From: Alkalispirochaeta sp.
GTDB taxonomy: Bacteria > Spirochaetota > Spirochaetia > DSM-27196 > Alkalispirochaetaceae
Reading direction: 5' to 3'
DNA: 64,000 bases
NCBI GenBank assembly: GCA_965601925.1
Contig: OZ271854.1
Location: 3,008,001-3,072,000 of the forward strand
Part shown: positions 27,223 to 37,432 of the stretch, piece after piece
How the letters are laid out: every line of letters starts with the position of its first letter
Position numbering within the stretch: the first letter of the stretch is position 1
Notes under the pieces: model-generated
What the model was told of the DNA's origin: nothing
The model's input: only the letters and a program-made list of their open reading frames with translations
The model's database searches: none
Position numbers and translations under genes: made by a program

Positions 27223-28588
27223 AGTCGCGGCCCATCGCGCGTCGTCGCATCGTCTCGATCTCGCCGAGGCGTTGCGCGGCCTTCGTTACGGTCCGAACGA
27301 TGCCCTCGCTGCTATTGTCTTCGATGAAGAAACCGGTCTCGACATCGACCGTATCGGCGAGCCCGCCGGTGCGTGTCACGATCGGCAGGGTGCCGTATCG
27401 CATCGAGTACATCTGGTTGAGGCCGCACGGCTCGTACACGCTCGGCATGAGAAAGAAGTCGCTTCCCGCCTCGATTCTATGGGCGAGGTCGGCATCGTAT
27501 CCGATGCGCGCCGCCATGGTCGGATACGTATCGCGCAACACTTCGATCTCCCGTTCGCACCACCGCTCGCCGCTACCCAGTAGGGCAATCTGGACGGGCA
27601 GCTCGTCGAGGAGCGTGCGAATCGCGCCGTGTCGCCGGTCGAAGAGGGGAATGATTCCCTTCTGATCGACCAAACGCGTTATCATTCCCACCAGCGGCAC
27701 ACGCGAATCGACGGGTAAGCCGAGCTCCCGCTGGAGCGCCTCTTTGCACACCGCCTTTCCCGAAAGGTCGTCCGCGGAGAACCGTTCCGGTATCCGTGCG
27801 TCGGTCTCGGGATTCCACTCGTCGATGTCGATCCCGTTGAGAATCCCCGAAACGCGTTCGGTGTGGCGTTGAATCTCCAAGTGCAGACCGAATCCGAATC
27901 GTGGTTGTTGTATCTCCTGTGCATAGCGCGGGCTGACGGCGACCAAGCGATCGCTGTGGCGGATGGCTCCGCGCATCATGTTAATGTCCTCCCCCTGCCG
28001 GAGATCGCTCTCCCCCAGTTGCTTCTCAGTAAGGCCGATCTCCTCTCCGTCTCGACCCGCGAATATACCCTGATAGCCGAAGTTGTGGATCGAGAAGACC
28101 ATCCCCGTATCGCGAAAAAAACCGCGGGGACGATAGATCTGATCGACATAGACCGGGACCAGGGCGGTCGGCCAATCGTGGGCGTGGATGATATCCGGCG
28201 TTATGCGAAGGGCGAGGGCGAGTTGTAGCGCTCCGCGAGAGAGGAACGCGAAACGGCGCGCATTATCGTGAAACGCCGACGCCGGGCCGCCTCCGTAGAG
28301 TCCGTTGCGCTCGCCGAAGAGTGCCAGGTGCTCCAAAAAATAGAGTTCGACTCCGTTGTGGACGGTGTGGAAGACGTCGCACCACTCCTCGCGTCGGCCC
28401 ATGGGCACCCCGAGGGGCATCGCGAGACGACGGAGGTTCGCGTCGTCGATACTTCGATAACGGGGAAGCACGACGGTGAGACGGTGCCCCTTATCCGCGA
28501 GGGCCTGTGCCAGAGCCGCGACCGCGTCGGCAAGGCCTCCCGCCTTCGCAAATGGATGATACTCACTGGTGACAAAGAAGACGTTCAC
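27167..28588 (-). CDS. glgA: Glycogen synthase
   Basis: PFAKAGGLAD, HAHDW, SIHNFGYQG, GILNGID, RLVDQKG, PSVYEPCGLNQM, TGGLADTV. Confidence 0.95.
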   Translation of the reverse strand: MNVFFVTSEYHPFAKAGGLADAVAALAQALADKGHRLTVVLPRYRSIDDANLRRLAMPLGVPMGRREEWCDVFHTVHNGVELYFLEHLALFGERNGLYGGGPASAFHDNARRFAFLSRGALQLALALRITPDIIHAHDWPTALVPVYVDQIYRPRGFFRDTGMVFSIHNFGYQGIFAGRDGEEIGLTEKQLGESDLRQGEDINMMRGAIRHSDRLVAVSPRYAQEIQQPRFGFGLHLEIQRHTERVSGILNGIDIDEWNPETDARIPERFSADDLSGKAVCKEALQRELGLPVDSRVPLVGMITRLVDQKGIIPLFDRRHGAIRTLLDELPVQIALLGSGERWCEREIEVLRDTYPTMAARIGYDADLAHRIEAGSDFFLMPSVYEPCGLNQMYSMRYGTLPIVTRTGGLADTVDVETGFFIEDNSSEGIVRTVTKAAQRLGEIETMRRRAMGRDFSWRHSAEEYEALYRSAR

Positions 28589-28590
28589 GC

Positions 28591-29451
28591 CTACAGATAG
28601 TAACTGATGCGGAAGTCTGACTCAAACAAAAAATTCAAGCTTCGATAGAGCGCCTGAGCGGCTTCGTTGTCCAATTTCACGAATAGTGACGCGTTGCGAC
28701 GCGTTTTTTGCATCTCCGTCAGCAGATGCGTCATGAGCCACCGCGCGACGCCCTTGCCGCGCCACGCCGGATCGGTGAACACGCCGCCGAGTTGGTCGCC
28801 GGCGTATCCGCGCGCGTTCGTCGCGACTCTGGCGATCGCCTCGCCGCGATAGACCGCCACCAACACGAGCTGTGTGTTGAGGCTGTGGGTAAGACTGGTT
28901 TTGCTCGTCGAGAGGCTCGGACTTCTACCCGGCAGGAGGACCTCCTCGACTTCGTAGGCGATTTGTAGCTGGAGGAGGCGTCGCCACTCGGAGGGCGACG
29001 GTTGAACGATCCGCAGGCCCGGATCCGGAGGTGAGTCCGGCGGCGGAAAGCGGCGCCAATCGAGGCTCAATAACGCGTAATCGATGCTATGGCGCGGTGT
29101 CGAGGCGAAACTATCGGCCAACAGTTCTACGTCCTCCCGGTTTCCCATGATCGAGTGCAGTCGAACAAAAGAACCGGTCGCCCGCCGGAGTTCATCTTGG
29201 AGATCGATACGCGCGCCGTGTCGCCTCAGGGCCGAGGCGAAGCCTGCGGTGTAGAAGAAACCGCCGGGGCCGTGATACACCACCGCCGCGTCGGGAAGAT
29301 AGTAGAATCGCCCGCCGTTTCTAAGCGTGCGATCCAGCCGTCCGTGTCGGAGCTTTTCGCTCATGACGACCGATGCCGGCTCGCTCGCCGCGAGAAATCG
29401 CTCGAGGGCCGCCGCCTCGTGGTGTGCGATGACCTGCCAGGTGGAGCCCAT
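28591..29451 (-). CDS. GNAT-family N-acetyltransferase
   Basis: QLGGVFTDPAWRGKGVA acetyl-CoA motif, NEAAQALYRSLNF. Confidence 0.85.
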   Translation of the reverse strand: MGSTWQVIAHHEAAALERFLAASEPASVVMSEKLRHGRLDRTLRNGGRFYYLPDAAVVYHGPGGFFYTAGFASALRRHGARIDLQDELRRATGSFVRLHSIMGNREDVELLADSFASTPRHSIDYALLSLDWRRFPPPDSPPDPGLRIVQPSPSEWRRLLQLQIAYEVEEVLLPGRSPSLSTSKTSLTHSLNTQLVLVAVYRGEAIARVATNARGYAGDQLGGVFTDPAWRGKGVARWLMTHLLTEMQKTRRNASLFVKLDNEAAQALYRSLNFLFESDFRISYYL

Positions 29452-29457
29452 CGGAAC

Positions 29458-31266
29458 CTACCGATCGGGCGGCGCAGTAAGCTCGATGGGCAGGCGGCCG
29501 ACGGCGGGAATGTCTCCGCCGAGGGCTGCGAATCCCCCCTCGAAACTCTCGACGCCCCATCCGTAGACCGCAAGGGCGCTGTCCACCCAGGGAAGCTGGG
29601 CGAGGTAAATCGGCGTCAGGATACTGTATACGATGACGTTTGCAGGCGTTGAGCGCGCCGCCTGGAGCACCTCCAGGGAGGCTTGGTCGCTCAGGAGAAA
29701 GATCACCGTATCGTAGGCGTCGGCCATGCGCGCGAAGCGGTCCCGATCGGCCGCCGCCGAGGCGTAGGGAAAGAAGTCGGTAAATCTGAACTCGCCCGCC
29801 CCCGGGAAGAAGCGTCGTCCCACACGAAAGAAGTCCGGATCCTTTCCCGCCAAGAGGATACGCTCGCCGCTGTCCGGGGCAAACGGTATCGATGCATCGC
29901 GAATGACCGTCACGCTTCGCCCGGCCTGGTCGAGAAAGAACTCCCGCGCCTCGGCGGTGCGCATGAATCGTTCGATACCACGATGGTCGGGGAAGAGCGG
30001 GACACGCCAAGAGGGGGTGAGGTAGCCGAGCTTCACGCGCAAAATGCGGCGCACCGATTCGTCGACTTGGTTGCGAAAAGAGGGCTCCTCGCGATATGCG
30101 GTGATGAGCGTGTTCCAAATCGGGCCGTCGAACTCGGGAGTCTGGGAGAGCATGACGATGTCGTTACCCGCCTCTATCGCCTGTTTTACGATTCGTGCAA
30201 AGCTCCAACCTCGCACACGGCCGTACTCCAACGCGCCGCCCATGTACAGATCGTCGGTAATGACCACTCCCTCGAACTCGAGCTCGTCTCGCAGTATCCG
30301 TTGCTTGAAGTACGGAGAGATGCTCGCGGGCGTGTCGTTTCCGGCGATAACCGGAAAGCTGAGGTGTCCCGAGAGCACCGCCGGCACGCCCTCGCGAATG
30401 AGCATACGAAAGGGAACCATGTCGCGATTCCACAACGTCTCGAAGTCGTCCTCGATAACCGGCAGAACACCGTGACTGTCACCGACGGCGTTGCCGTGCC
30501 CCGGAAAGTGTTTCGCCGTCGCGATCACACCGGTCTGCTCGAGTCCGTGGAAGAAGGCGGTGCCGAGTATTCCGCTTTGGACGGCGTCGCCTGAGAAGGC
30601 GCGCGGCCCGATCACGTGCGCCTCGGGGTTGATGTAGACGTCCACCGTCGGGGCAAAGTTCATGTTGATCCCCAACGCGCGGAGCTCCAATCCGATATAC
30701 CGAGCCGTCATAAGGGCGTCGTACGGTAGATCGCTCGCGCCGATCGCCATGTTTCCGGGAGTGATGGACGTGCCGCCCTTTACGTGGCGCACCCACCCAC
30801 CCTCTTGGTCGGTGGCGGTAAAGAGGGGAATCGCCGTCCCGGTCGAGAGACTCGCGGCTTGCATCTCGGTAATGGTACGTGCAAGGGTGGCGAGATTGTT
30901 GCCGTTCCAGCCGAATACCTTCACCCCGCCGATGTTCCGTTCGGTAATCCAACGCATGATCTCGGGATTCGTCGTTTCGGTATTCCATCCGACCAACAAC
31001 AGTTGCGCAACGCGCTCCTCGTCGCTCATTCCTTCGAGTATGCTCTCGATGTGGTGCTCTACCGCGGGCGTCACGGCGCGCCAATCGACGGCCACGCCGG
31101 TATCGGGGAGTTGCCAGAACAGTCCGTCCGAGGGCCGCTCGACCGCCGAGTCGACGGGAATCGCAATGCGCTCTTGCGTTAGGGCGACCGTGAGGGCGCA
31201 CGCGGTAAGAAGTGTGAGTGACAGGAGCGCCACCGGTCGGCGGCGGGGTTGAGCGCGACTCGCCAT
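29458..31266 (-). CDS. nagZ: GH3 beta-N-acetylhexosaminidase (NagZ-like) with signal peptide
   Basis: DQEGG, NMNFAPTVD, IGPRAFS, KHFPGHG...DSH, VITDDL, N-terminal hydrophobic signal. Confidence 0.8.
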   Translation of the reverse strand: MASRAQPRRRPVALLSLTLLTACALTVALTQERIAIPVDSAVERPSDGLFWQLPDTGVAVDWRAVTPAVEHHIESILEGMSDEERVAQLLLVGWNTETTNPEIMRWITERNIGGVKVFGWNGNNLATLARTITEMQAASLSTGTAIPLFTATDQEGGWVRHVKGGTSITPGNMAIGASDLPYDALMTARYIGLELRALGINMNFAPTVDVYINPEAHVIGPRAFSGDAVQSGILGTAFFHGLEQTGVIATAKHFPGHGNAVGDSHGVLPVIEDDFETLWNRDMVPFRMLIREGVPAVLSGHLSFPVIAGNDTPASISPYFKQRILRDELEFEGVVITDDLYMGGALEYGRVRGWSFARIVKQAIEAGNDIVMLSQTPEFDGPIWNTLITAYREEPSFRNQVDESVRRILRVKLGYLTPSWRVPLFPDHRGIERFMRTAEAREFFLDQAGRSVTVIRDASIPFAPDSGERILLAGKDPDFFRVGRRFFPGAGEFRFTDFFPYASAAADRDRFARMADAYDTVIFLLSDQASLEVLQAARSTPANVIVYSILTPIYLAQLPWVDSALAVYGWGVESFEGGFAALGGDIPAVGRLPIELTAPPDR

Positions 31267-31380
31267 GGCCGGACCATATCACGCTATAACCGAACGTCTC
31301 AACTAACGCACGATCGGCTGCACGGTCCCGTCTCGCCCGTGGGGCGATACGGAGCCCACGTTCCATTGTCGAGCGAGACT

Positions 31381-31407
31381 TAACAAGGCGCCGTTGTCGG
31401 CCGATAC
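31381..31407 (+). promoter_or_regulatory. sigma28 (FliA) promoter of the flgN-flgK-flgL-fliW-csrA operon
   Basis: TAAC-N15-GCCGATAC. Confidence 0.75.
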
Positions 31408-31422
31408 ACAAAACGGAGGCAT

Positions 31423-31920
31423 GTGGTGAAAGATACGAACGCTATCCGTACGTTTGTCACTCTTCTTGAGCGACAAGCGACGTTAATCGAGGCGCTCGCT
31501 GAGCGCGAGGCCGATCTGCAGGAGCTCGTAACCAAGCGGGCGTGGGATGACCTTGAAACCTTGATCCCTCAAATGACCGATCTCGGCGAGGCGATCAATC
31601 ACGCCGAGGAGGAACGCAGCGCAGTGTACGAGGAGATCGTCGCGGCCGTCGGTGGAGAGCGCTCCTTCGCGTATATTCTCTCCCATCTGCCGATAGAGGT
31701 GCGTACGACCCTCTCCGGGGCGTACCGACGCCTCAAGGTCGCCGTCCTCAGACTACAAAGTCGGACCTCCAGCGTCGATACCTATCTCAACTCGACGATC
31801 TCCACGACCCGCGGCGTCCTTCGGGAGCTCTATCCCGAGCACGCGTCGGTCGGGTATTCGCGTAGCGGCCGCAATCGCTTCGGGAACGGCTCGCCCGTCA
31901 TGGTCGATCGCGCGCTCTAG
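31423..31920 (+). CDS. flgN: Flagellar export chaperone FlgN
   Basis: Helical 165-aa protein directly upstream of flgK, with the GYSRSG...VDRAL C-terminus typical of FlgN. Confidence 0.7.
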   Translation: MVKDTNAIRTFVTLLERQATLIEALAEREADLQELVTKRAWDDLETLIPQMTDLGEAINHAEEERSAVYEEIVAAVGGERSFAYILSHLPIEVRTTLSGAYRRLKVAVLRLQSRTSSVDTYLNSTISTTRGVLRELYPEHASVGYSRSGRNRFGNGSPVMVDRAL

Positions 31921-31946
31921 AAGGGCGGGCGCGAAGGGAGGAGGAT

Positions 31947-33857
31947 ATGCAGTCGACGTTTTCCGGAATCGAACTCGGTAAAAGAGGCGTCTTTGCCCAT
32001 CAGCGGGCGCTCCAGACCGTCGGTCACAACTTGACGAACGCCTCTACCGAGGGCTATAGCCGCCAACGGGTCCATCTCGAGGCTACCCCTCCGATTTATC
32101 GGCCTCAACTCAACCGTGCCGAAACGCCGGGACAGATCGGCCAGGGCGTCGACATTGCGCGAATCGAGCGCGTCAGAGACGGTCTTCTGGAGCGTCGTAT
32201 CATCACCGCTTCGGGCGATCAGAGTTACTGGGAGACGCGCGACCGCTACATCCTCCAGATGGAACAGGTGTACAACGAGGTCGGCGAATCCTCAGTCCGT
32301 AATCTTATGGATCGCTTCTGGGACGGATGGCAGGAGTTGTCGCTCTATCCCGAACAGCGCGCCGCCCGAGAGGCGGTCCTACAGCGTGGCGAGGCGCTCG
32401 TGGAGGGTATCCGCCTGCGTTATAACAACCTCGACCGCATCCGCGCCATGGTGGAAGAGGAGATCCAAGGGAACGTCCATCAGGCCAACACGTTGATCCG
32501 CGACATCGCGGCGCTCAACGAGGAGATCACCAACGTGAAGGCCGCAGGAGACAGTCCCAACGATCTGTTGGATCGACGAGACTTGTTGGTCGAGCGTCTC
32601 TCACAACACCTCGATATTACCGTCGACGATCGTGATCCCGATGAGTTCAGCGTTTACACCGCCGGATTCCACATCGTACAGGGACGTATATCGCGCCCGT
32701 TCGACATCGAGCCCAATCGTCTCAACGAGGGATACAGCGAGGTCGTGTGGCGCCATAACAGCGAAGAGGCGGTACGGTTTCGCGGCGGCACGCTCGGCGC
32801 GTTGCAGGAGTTGCGAGATGCGGATCTGCGGACCGAGATTCAGGCGCTCGACACGATGACGATAAACGTCGTAGACCTCGTGAATGAGATCCACCGCGAC
32901 GGATACGGTATCAACGGTCGCACCGGACGGGACTTTTTCGTAGAGTATCCGGCGATTCTCAACGCCCAGGGCAATTACGACCGCGACCAGGACGGTGAGT
33001 TCGACTCCAGCTTCATCTTTCGTATCAACGGTTCCAACCGCCTCGAACTTCAAGCGCAGGTAGGGCTCGAAGGTGTGATACGACTGTCGGCGGGAAGTGA
33101 AATCGTCGACGGCGGCATCCTCGAGGTGCCGTACCGAGCCGTAGACACCGTCGAGGACATTATCGCACGCATCAATAACGCGGGAGCCGACGTAACGGCA
33201 CGTCTCGACCGCGAGGGGCGTATCGAGTTTAAGGCGACGACGTCTCGCGACCTCGATCAGCCCGACTTCGTGCTCCGGCACGTCGAAGACAGCGGCCAGT
33301 TCCTGACCGGGTACGCCGGTCTCCTGGCGGAAAGCGGCGAGGAGGGCGCCTTTCGGTGGGATCAACAGGACGCGATTCTGGCGTTGCGCGGCGAGACCGC
33401 CACGCGCGAGGGGGCCGGGTTCGCCGTGGCGCCTCTGTTGCACCCCTCGGGGTGGATGGAGGTCAATCCCGAAATTGTGCGTGAACCGACCTCGATCGCC
33501 GGCTCCTTTTCCGTCGTCGGCGAGCCCGGAGAGACCGGTGACGGTCGCGCCGCCGGCGCGATTGCGGCAATACGAAACTCGCCGGTAGGGATCGGACGCG
33601 TCGAGTCGCTCGACGACTACTTTGCCGATACGGTGGCGCGAATCGGTCTCAAGGGCGAGGAGTCGGAGTTGGCTCTCAGCACTTCGGAACGCATATTGAA
33701 GGATCTCACCGACCTGCGCCAGTCGATAAGCGGCGTCAATCTCGACGAAGAGTTGGCGGAGATGATCAAATTTCAACACGGGTATCAGGCGGCGGCGCGA
33801 TTTATATCCAACGTCAACCAGATGCTCGATACCATCATAAACAGGATGGGAGTGTAG
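31947..33857 (+). CDS. flgK: Flagellar hook-associated protein 1
   Basis: GHNLTNASTEGYSRQRV, PNDLLDRRD, SISGVNLDEE, FQHGYQAAA. Confidence 0.96.
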   Translation: MQSTFSGIELGKRGVFAHQRALQTVGHNLTNASTEGYSRQRVHLEATPPIYRPQLNRAETPGQIGQGVDIARIERVRDGLLERRIITASGDQSYWETRDRYILQMEQVYNEVGESSVRNLMDRFWDGWQELSLYPEQRAAREAVLQRGEALVEGIRLRYNNLDRIRAMVEEEIQGNVHQANTLIRDIAALNEEITNVKAAGDSPNDLLDRRDLLVERLSQHLDITVDDRDPDEFSVYTAGFHIVQGRISRPFDIEPNRLNEGYSEVVWRHNSEEAVRFRGGTLGALQELRDADLRTEIQALDTMTINVVDLVNEIHRDGYGINGRTGRDFFVEYPAILNAQGNYDRDQDGEFDSSFIFRINGSNRLELQAQVGLEGVIRLSAGSEIVDGGILEVPYRAVDTVEDIIARINNAGADVTARLDREGRIEFKATTSRDLDQPDFVLRHVEDSGQFLTGYAGLLAESGEEGAFRWDQQDAILALRGETATREGAGFAVAPLLHPSGWMEVNPEIVREPTSIAGSFSVVGEPGETGDGRAAGAIAAIRNSPVGIGRVESLDDYFADTVARIGLKGEESELALSTSERILKDLTDLRQSISGVNLDEELAEMIKFQHGYQAAARFISNVNQMLDTIINRMGV

Positions 33858-33864
33858 GGACCGG

Positions 33865-35112
33865 ATGGACCGTATAAGCACCAATTTACCGAACGACAAC
33901 ATGCAGTTTTATCTGCGTGAACGTCAGGACATGATGACGCAGATTCAGAATCAGATGGCTTCGCAGACACGTATTCAGAATCTGCGTGACGATCCCTTAG
34001 CGGCGGCGCACGCTACGCGGTATCGCTCCTACACCGTGCGCCTACAACGGTTCAGCGAAAATATCGAGACGATTCGCGACCGTAATCGAATCGCCGAGGG
34101 CTATGTGCAGGAAGCGAACGGCCTCCTCCAGCGGGCACGCGAGCTGGCGGTCCAAGGGGCGCACGGAACCTATGCGCCGGAAGATCTTCGGTACATGGCG
34201 ACGGAGGTCGACGAGATTCTCAAGCAGATGGTGGAGGTCGCCAACGCCCGTGACTCCGACGGAACGACGATCTTCTCCGGCGACAGAACGCAACAGCTGC
34301 CCTTTCGAGCTTTGACCGGTATCAGGTCCGCCGGAGAGCGCGAGTTGATCACCGACATTCAGTATCGCGGTACGATCAATCTTCAGTCGGCGGAAGTTGC
34401 CGAGCAATCCTTTATCCCGACCAACTTTCCGGGAAATCGAGTCTTCTGGGCGGAGAGCGAGCAGATTCAATCCCGCGTCGACGCCCAGGATTACCAGGTC
34501 AATCAGGACGGCTCGATTCATATTAACGGGGTCGAGATCGAACTACGTGAGGGCGATACCGCATTTTCTATCATCCAGAAGGTCAACGAGTCCGGCTCGG
34601 CGGTGCGGGCGAGCTTCGATCCGGTCTATTCGAGCGTCGTCCTGCAGGGCACGACGCCGGGTCAGTTGTGGCTCCAAGACGGCCCCAACTCCTCGACGCT
34701 CCAAGACCTCGGACTCGTCGTATCCGCCGATGCGCACCCGCCGCAGAACATCGCCCCGTCGGCGGTGCACAGCGGGAGCTCGGTATTCGACACCTTGATT
34801 ACCCTGAGAGATCAACTCGCCGCCGGCGACCAAGAGGCGATCGGGAGTCGCGGTATTTACGGACTCGACCTCGCCATCGATACGATGGCGGCCACCCTGG
34901 GGCGCCTCGGCGCGGTCGACGCGAGACTCGCCGGAACGTTCGAGCGTACGGAGATGGAGATCCCCGAGGTGATGGCCCAGGACTCCCGCAACACCGACAT
35001 AGACTTTGCCGAGGCGATTATCGACTTGCGACTGTTGGAGACGACGCATCGCGCCGCGCTCGGCGTGTCGGCGCGTATTATTCAGCCGACACTGCTCGAT
35101 TTTCTGAGATAA
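33865..35112 (+). CDS. flgL: Flagellar hook-associated protein 3
   Basis: RIQNLRDDP, RARELAVQGA, IIQPTLLDFLR. Follows flgK. Confidence 0.95.
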   Translation: MDRISTNLPNDNMQFYLRERQDMMTQIQNQMASQTRIQNLRDDPLAAAHATRYRSYTVRLQRFSENIETIRDRNRIAEGYVQEANGLLQRARELAVQGAHGTYAPEDLRYMATEVDEILKQMVEVANARDSDGTTIFSGDRTQQLPFRALTGIRSAGERELITDIQYRGTINLQSAEVAEQSFIPTNFPGNRVFWAESEQIQSRVDAQDYQVNQDGSIHINGVEIELREGDTAFSIIQKVNESGSAVRASFDPVYSSVVLQGTTPGQLWLQDGPNSSTLQDLGLVVSADAHPPQNIAPSAVHSGSSVFDTLITLRDQLAAGDQEAIGSRGIYGLDLAIDTMAATLGRLGAVDARLAGTFERTEMEIPEVMAQDSRNTDIDFAEAIIDLRLLETTHRAALGVSARIIQPTLLDFLR

Positions 35113-35134
35113 GCGAGGACGGGAGCTTCGTACT

Positions 35135-35572
35135 ATGGTGAGGCGCATTACGACGAAGGCGTACGGTGAAGTGGAGATCCAGGAGCAGCAGGTCGTACAG
35201 TTTCCCCGAGGAATTTTCGGATTCGGCCACATCCACGAGTACGCGTTGCTCGACTCGGCGACGCCGCCGTTCTATTGGCTTCAGAGTACGACGGACCGGG
35301 ACCTCGCCTTCGTACTGATCAATCCGTACATCGTTGCCGAGGATTACGTACTTGACATCGCTACCGAGGATCTCGAGGCGGTCGGGTCCCCCGAGCCCGA
35401 CGATTTATTGGTGTTTGCGATCGTGACGATTCCCCCGGAGCGTCACAAGATGAGTTGTAATCTTCAAGGGCCGCTCATCATCAACCGTCGCAACCGTATC
35501 GCCCTCCAGGCGATCTCTCTCGATCAACGGTGGAGGATAAAACACTATCTCTTTACCGGGGAAGGGGAGTAG
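35135..35572 (+). CDS. fliW: Flagellar assembly factor FliW
   Basis: [30 protein letters not shown]. Confidence 0.95.
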   Translation: MVRRITTKAYGEVEIQEQQVVQFPRGIFGFGHIHEYALLDSATPPFYWLQSTTDRDLAFVLINPYIVAEDYVLDIATEDLEAVGSPEPDDLLVFAIVTIPPERHKMSCNLQGPLIINRRNRIALQAISLDQRWRIKHYLFTGEGE

Positions 35573-35576
35573 GACG

Positions 35577-35846
35577 GTGCTGATACTCAGCCGCAAGGTC
35601 AACGAGCGTATCGTTATCGGAGACGATATCGAGGTCTCGGTCGTCGAGATCCGCGGCGATCAAGTGAAGCTGGGAATCGTTGCCCCTCGAAGCGTCAAGG
35701 TCTATCGGCGAGAGGTCTTCGACGCGATCCAGGAGGAGAATCGGGCCGCTGCCCGTGAATCTACCGTCGATCTCCCCGATCTATCGGATCTCTTTTCCTC
35801 CGGCACGGCGCCCGACGAACAAGACGACGGTCCCCCCTCCGAGTAG
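35577..35846 (+). CDS. csrA: Carbon storage regulator CsrA with C-terminal extension
   Basis: [18 protein letters not shown]...[18 protein letters not shown]...IQEENR. Confidence 0.97.
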   Translation: MLILSRKVNERIVIGDDIEVSVVEIRGDQVKLGIVAPRSVKVYRREVFDAIQEENRAAARESTVDLPDLSDLFSSGTAPDEQDDGPPSE

Positions 35847-35879
35847 CGATCGGTGGGTTCGACACCGTGCATACCGATG

Positions 35880-36698
35880 CTATCTCTTCGTATCGCCGTG
35901 CGGCGTCTCTTTGAACACCGGTCGAGGACGTCGCGAGCCGATGTCGCCTTCCCGCAGATAGAACGGCCCATGATACGCATCGTCGACGATTCCATCACGC
36001 AGGAGCTGACTTCCCCGTAGTGCTACACCGACGACGGCGGAGCCTCCGGCCGCCCGCGCCGCCGCGGCGCCCCACGACGGGCCGAGCTCACGAGAGTGCG
36101 GCCCGGGGGCGCACCACGGCTCGCCGTGCACATCACGCGCCTCCTCGACCATGGTGAGGAGCTCCGGCGCGGAGATGTCGCGGTCCTCGGTGATGCGCAG
36201 CACGGAGAGGTAGTCATTCGGCGACGCTGCGCGGAAGGCCGCGGTATAGAAACGCCGTTTACGCGCATCGAGGACCGGTACGATCAGCGACGCCCACGAG
36301 GTCTTTGTTTCTTCCGTATCGTGATCGTCCGTTCCCGCGTCGCCTCGCATATCGCCCGTCGGCGCCGTGCGTGAGCGCAGAAAGAGTTCGGTAATCGCCC
36401 ACGCCTCCAAGGTACGCACCGATACGACCGCCGCGTCGTGGGCGAGGGCGATCGCCTTTGCGGCCGCCATACCGACGCGCAGACCCGTGAAACTCCCGGG
36501 ACCCTCGGCGACCGCCACGGCCTCCACATCGACGTCTCTCCATTCGCACCGTCTCATGAGTGTGTCCAACAGTGGAACGATAGTTTCGACGTGCCGCGAG
36601 GCCTCAGGCTCCTCGACGTGATCGACAATTTCACCGTCTGCGAGTGCGGCCAGTCCGAGCGTCGGGCCCGAGGACTCAATCGCCAGCAGTCGTCGCAT
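35880..36698 (-). CDS. tsaB: tRNA t6A modification protein TsaB
   Basis: LLAIESS, GPGSFTGLRVG, VLDARKRRFY, PFYLR. Confidence 0.92.
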   Translation of the reverse strand: MRRLLAIESSGPTLGLAALADGEIVDHVEEPEASRHVETIVPLLDTLMRRCEWRDVDVEAVAVAEGPGSFTGLRVGMAAAKAIALAHDAAVVSVRTLEAWAITELFLRSRTAPTGDMRGDAGTDDHDTEETKTSWASLIVPVLDARKRRFYTAAFRAASPNDYLSVLRITEDRDISAPELLTMVEEARDVHGEPWCAPGPHSRELGPSWGAAAARAAGGSAVVGVALRGSQLLRDGIVDDAYHGPFYLREGDIGSRRPRPVFKETPHGDTKR

Positions 36699-37110
36699 CG
36701 TCTCTCCAGGTAATGGTGATCGTTCTTCCGTCGGGATCTTCGTGTTTCAGAGCAAATGAAATGATGACGTGAGCCTCTTTCAAGAGATTCGGTGCGCGCT
36801 CCGGCCACTCTACGAGCGAGATGGAGCGGTCCATCTCCTCCTCGATGCCCAGCATGGTGAACTCCGCCTCGTCGGCGATGCGATAGAGATCGATGTGCAA
36901 CACCGGAAGGCGCCCGACGTAGTCCTCCACCAAAGTATAACTGGGGCTCGGCATGCGGTCCTGCACACCCAAAGCGCGGGCGATCCCTCTGGCAAGCACG
37001 CTCTTGCCGGTTCCAAGCTCCCCGGAGAGGCACACGATCGAACCGGGTGCAAGTCGTGAGGCGATCGACAACCCGAGCGCTTCGGTCTCTTCGGGAGAGC
37101 GAGTCTGCAT
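36676..37110 (-). CDS. tsaE: tRNA t6A ATPase TsaE
   Basis: LSGELGTGKS, PSPSYTLV, HIDLYRI, VEWPE. Confidence 0.93.
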   Translation of the reverse strand: MQTRSPEETEALGLSIASRLAPGSIVCLSGELGTGKSVLARGIARALGVQDRMPSPSYTLVEDYVGRLPVLHIDLYRIADEAEFTMLGIEEEMDRSISLVEWPERAPNLLKEAHVIISFALKHEDPDGRTITITWRDDATTAGD

Positions 37111-37123
37111 AGTACCGTCGGAA

Positions 37124-37387
37124 TCAGGGAAGCTGTCCGTCACGGTCCAGGTTCTTAATGAATTCTTTGAGAAGTTTGATCGCCGGTACCAGCGGATACT
37201 CCGTCGTTTCCAAAAAATTGACCGAGACCTCGTGGTTTCCGAAGGGGGACATTTCCAAAGCAAACTCTATGCGGGACCTCGACGTCATGCGTTGACCGAT
37301 CGCAAGCATCACCGTGCCCCGGTACATTCGTCGATAATCAATGGCCAGCGGCACTCGTTCGATGTTTTCTATAGTATCGACTTTCAT
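37124..37387 (-). CDS. Hypothetical protein (spirochaete-type, 87 aa)
   Basis: ORF in operon context: MKVDTIENIER..DYRRMY..IEFALEMSPFG..YPLVPAI. Confidence 0.7.
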   Translation of the reverse strand: MKVDTIENIERVPLAIDYRRMYRGTVMLAIGQRMTSRSRIEFALEMSPFGNHEVSVNFLETTEYPLVPAIKLLKEFIKNLDRDGQLP

Positions 37388-37432
37388 GAACTTACTAGTA
37401 GAGAGTGTAGTGGAGCGATTGGTCTTTGACAA

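Noticed and set aside
20538..33902. Long antisense ORFs (e.g. 20538-21770, 24477-25412, 32601-33902)
   Set aside because: Shadow frames of GC-rich genes with strong sense-strand motifs; no family signature.
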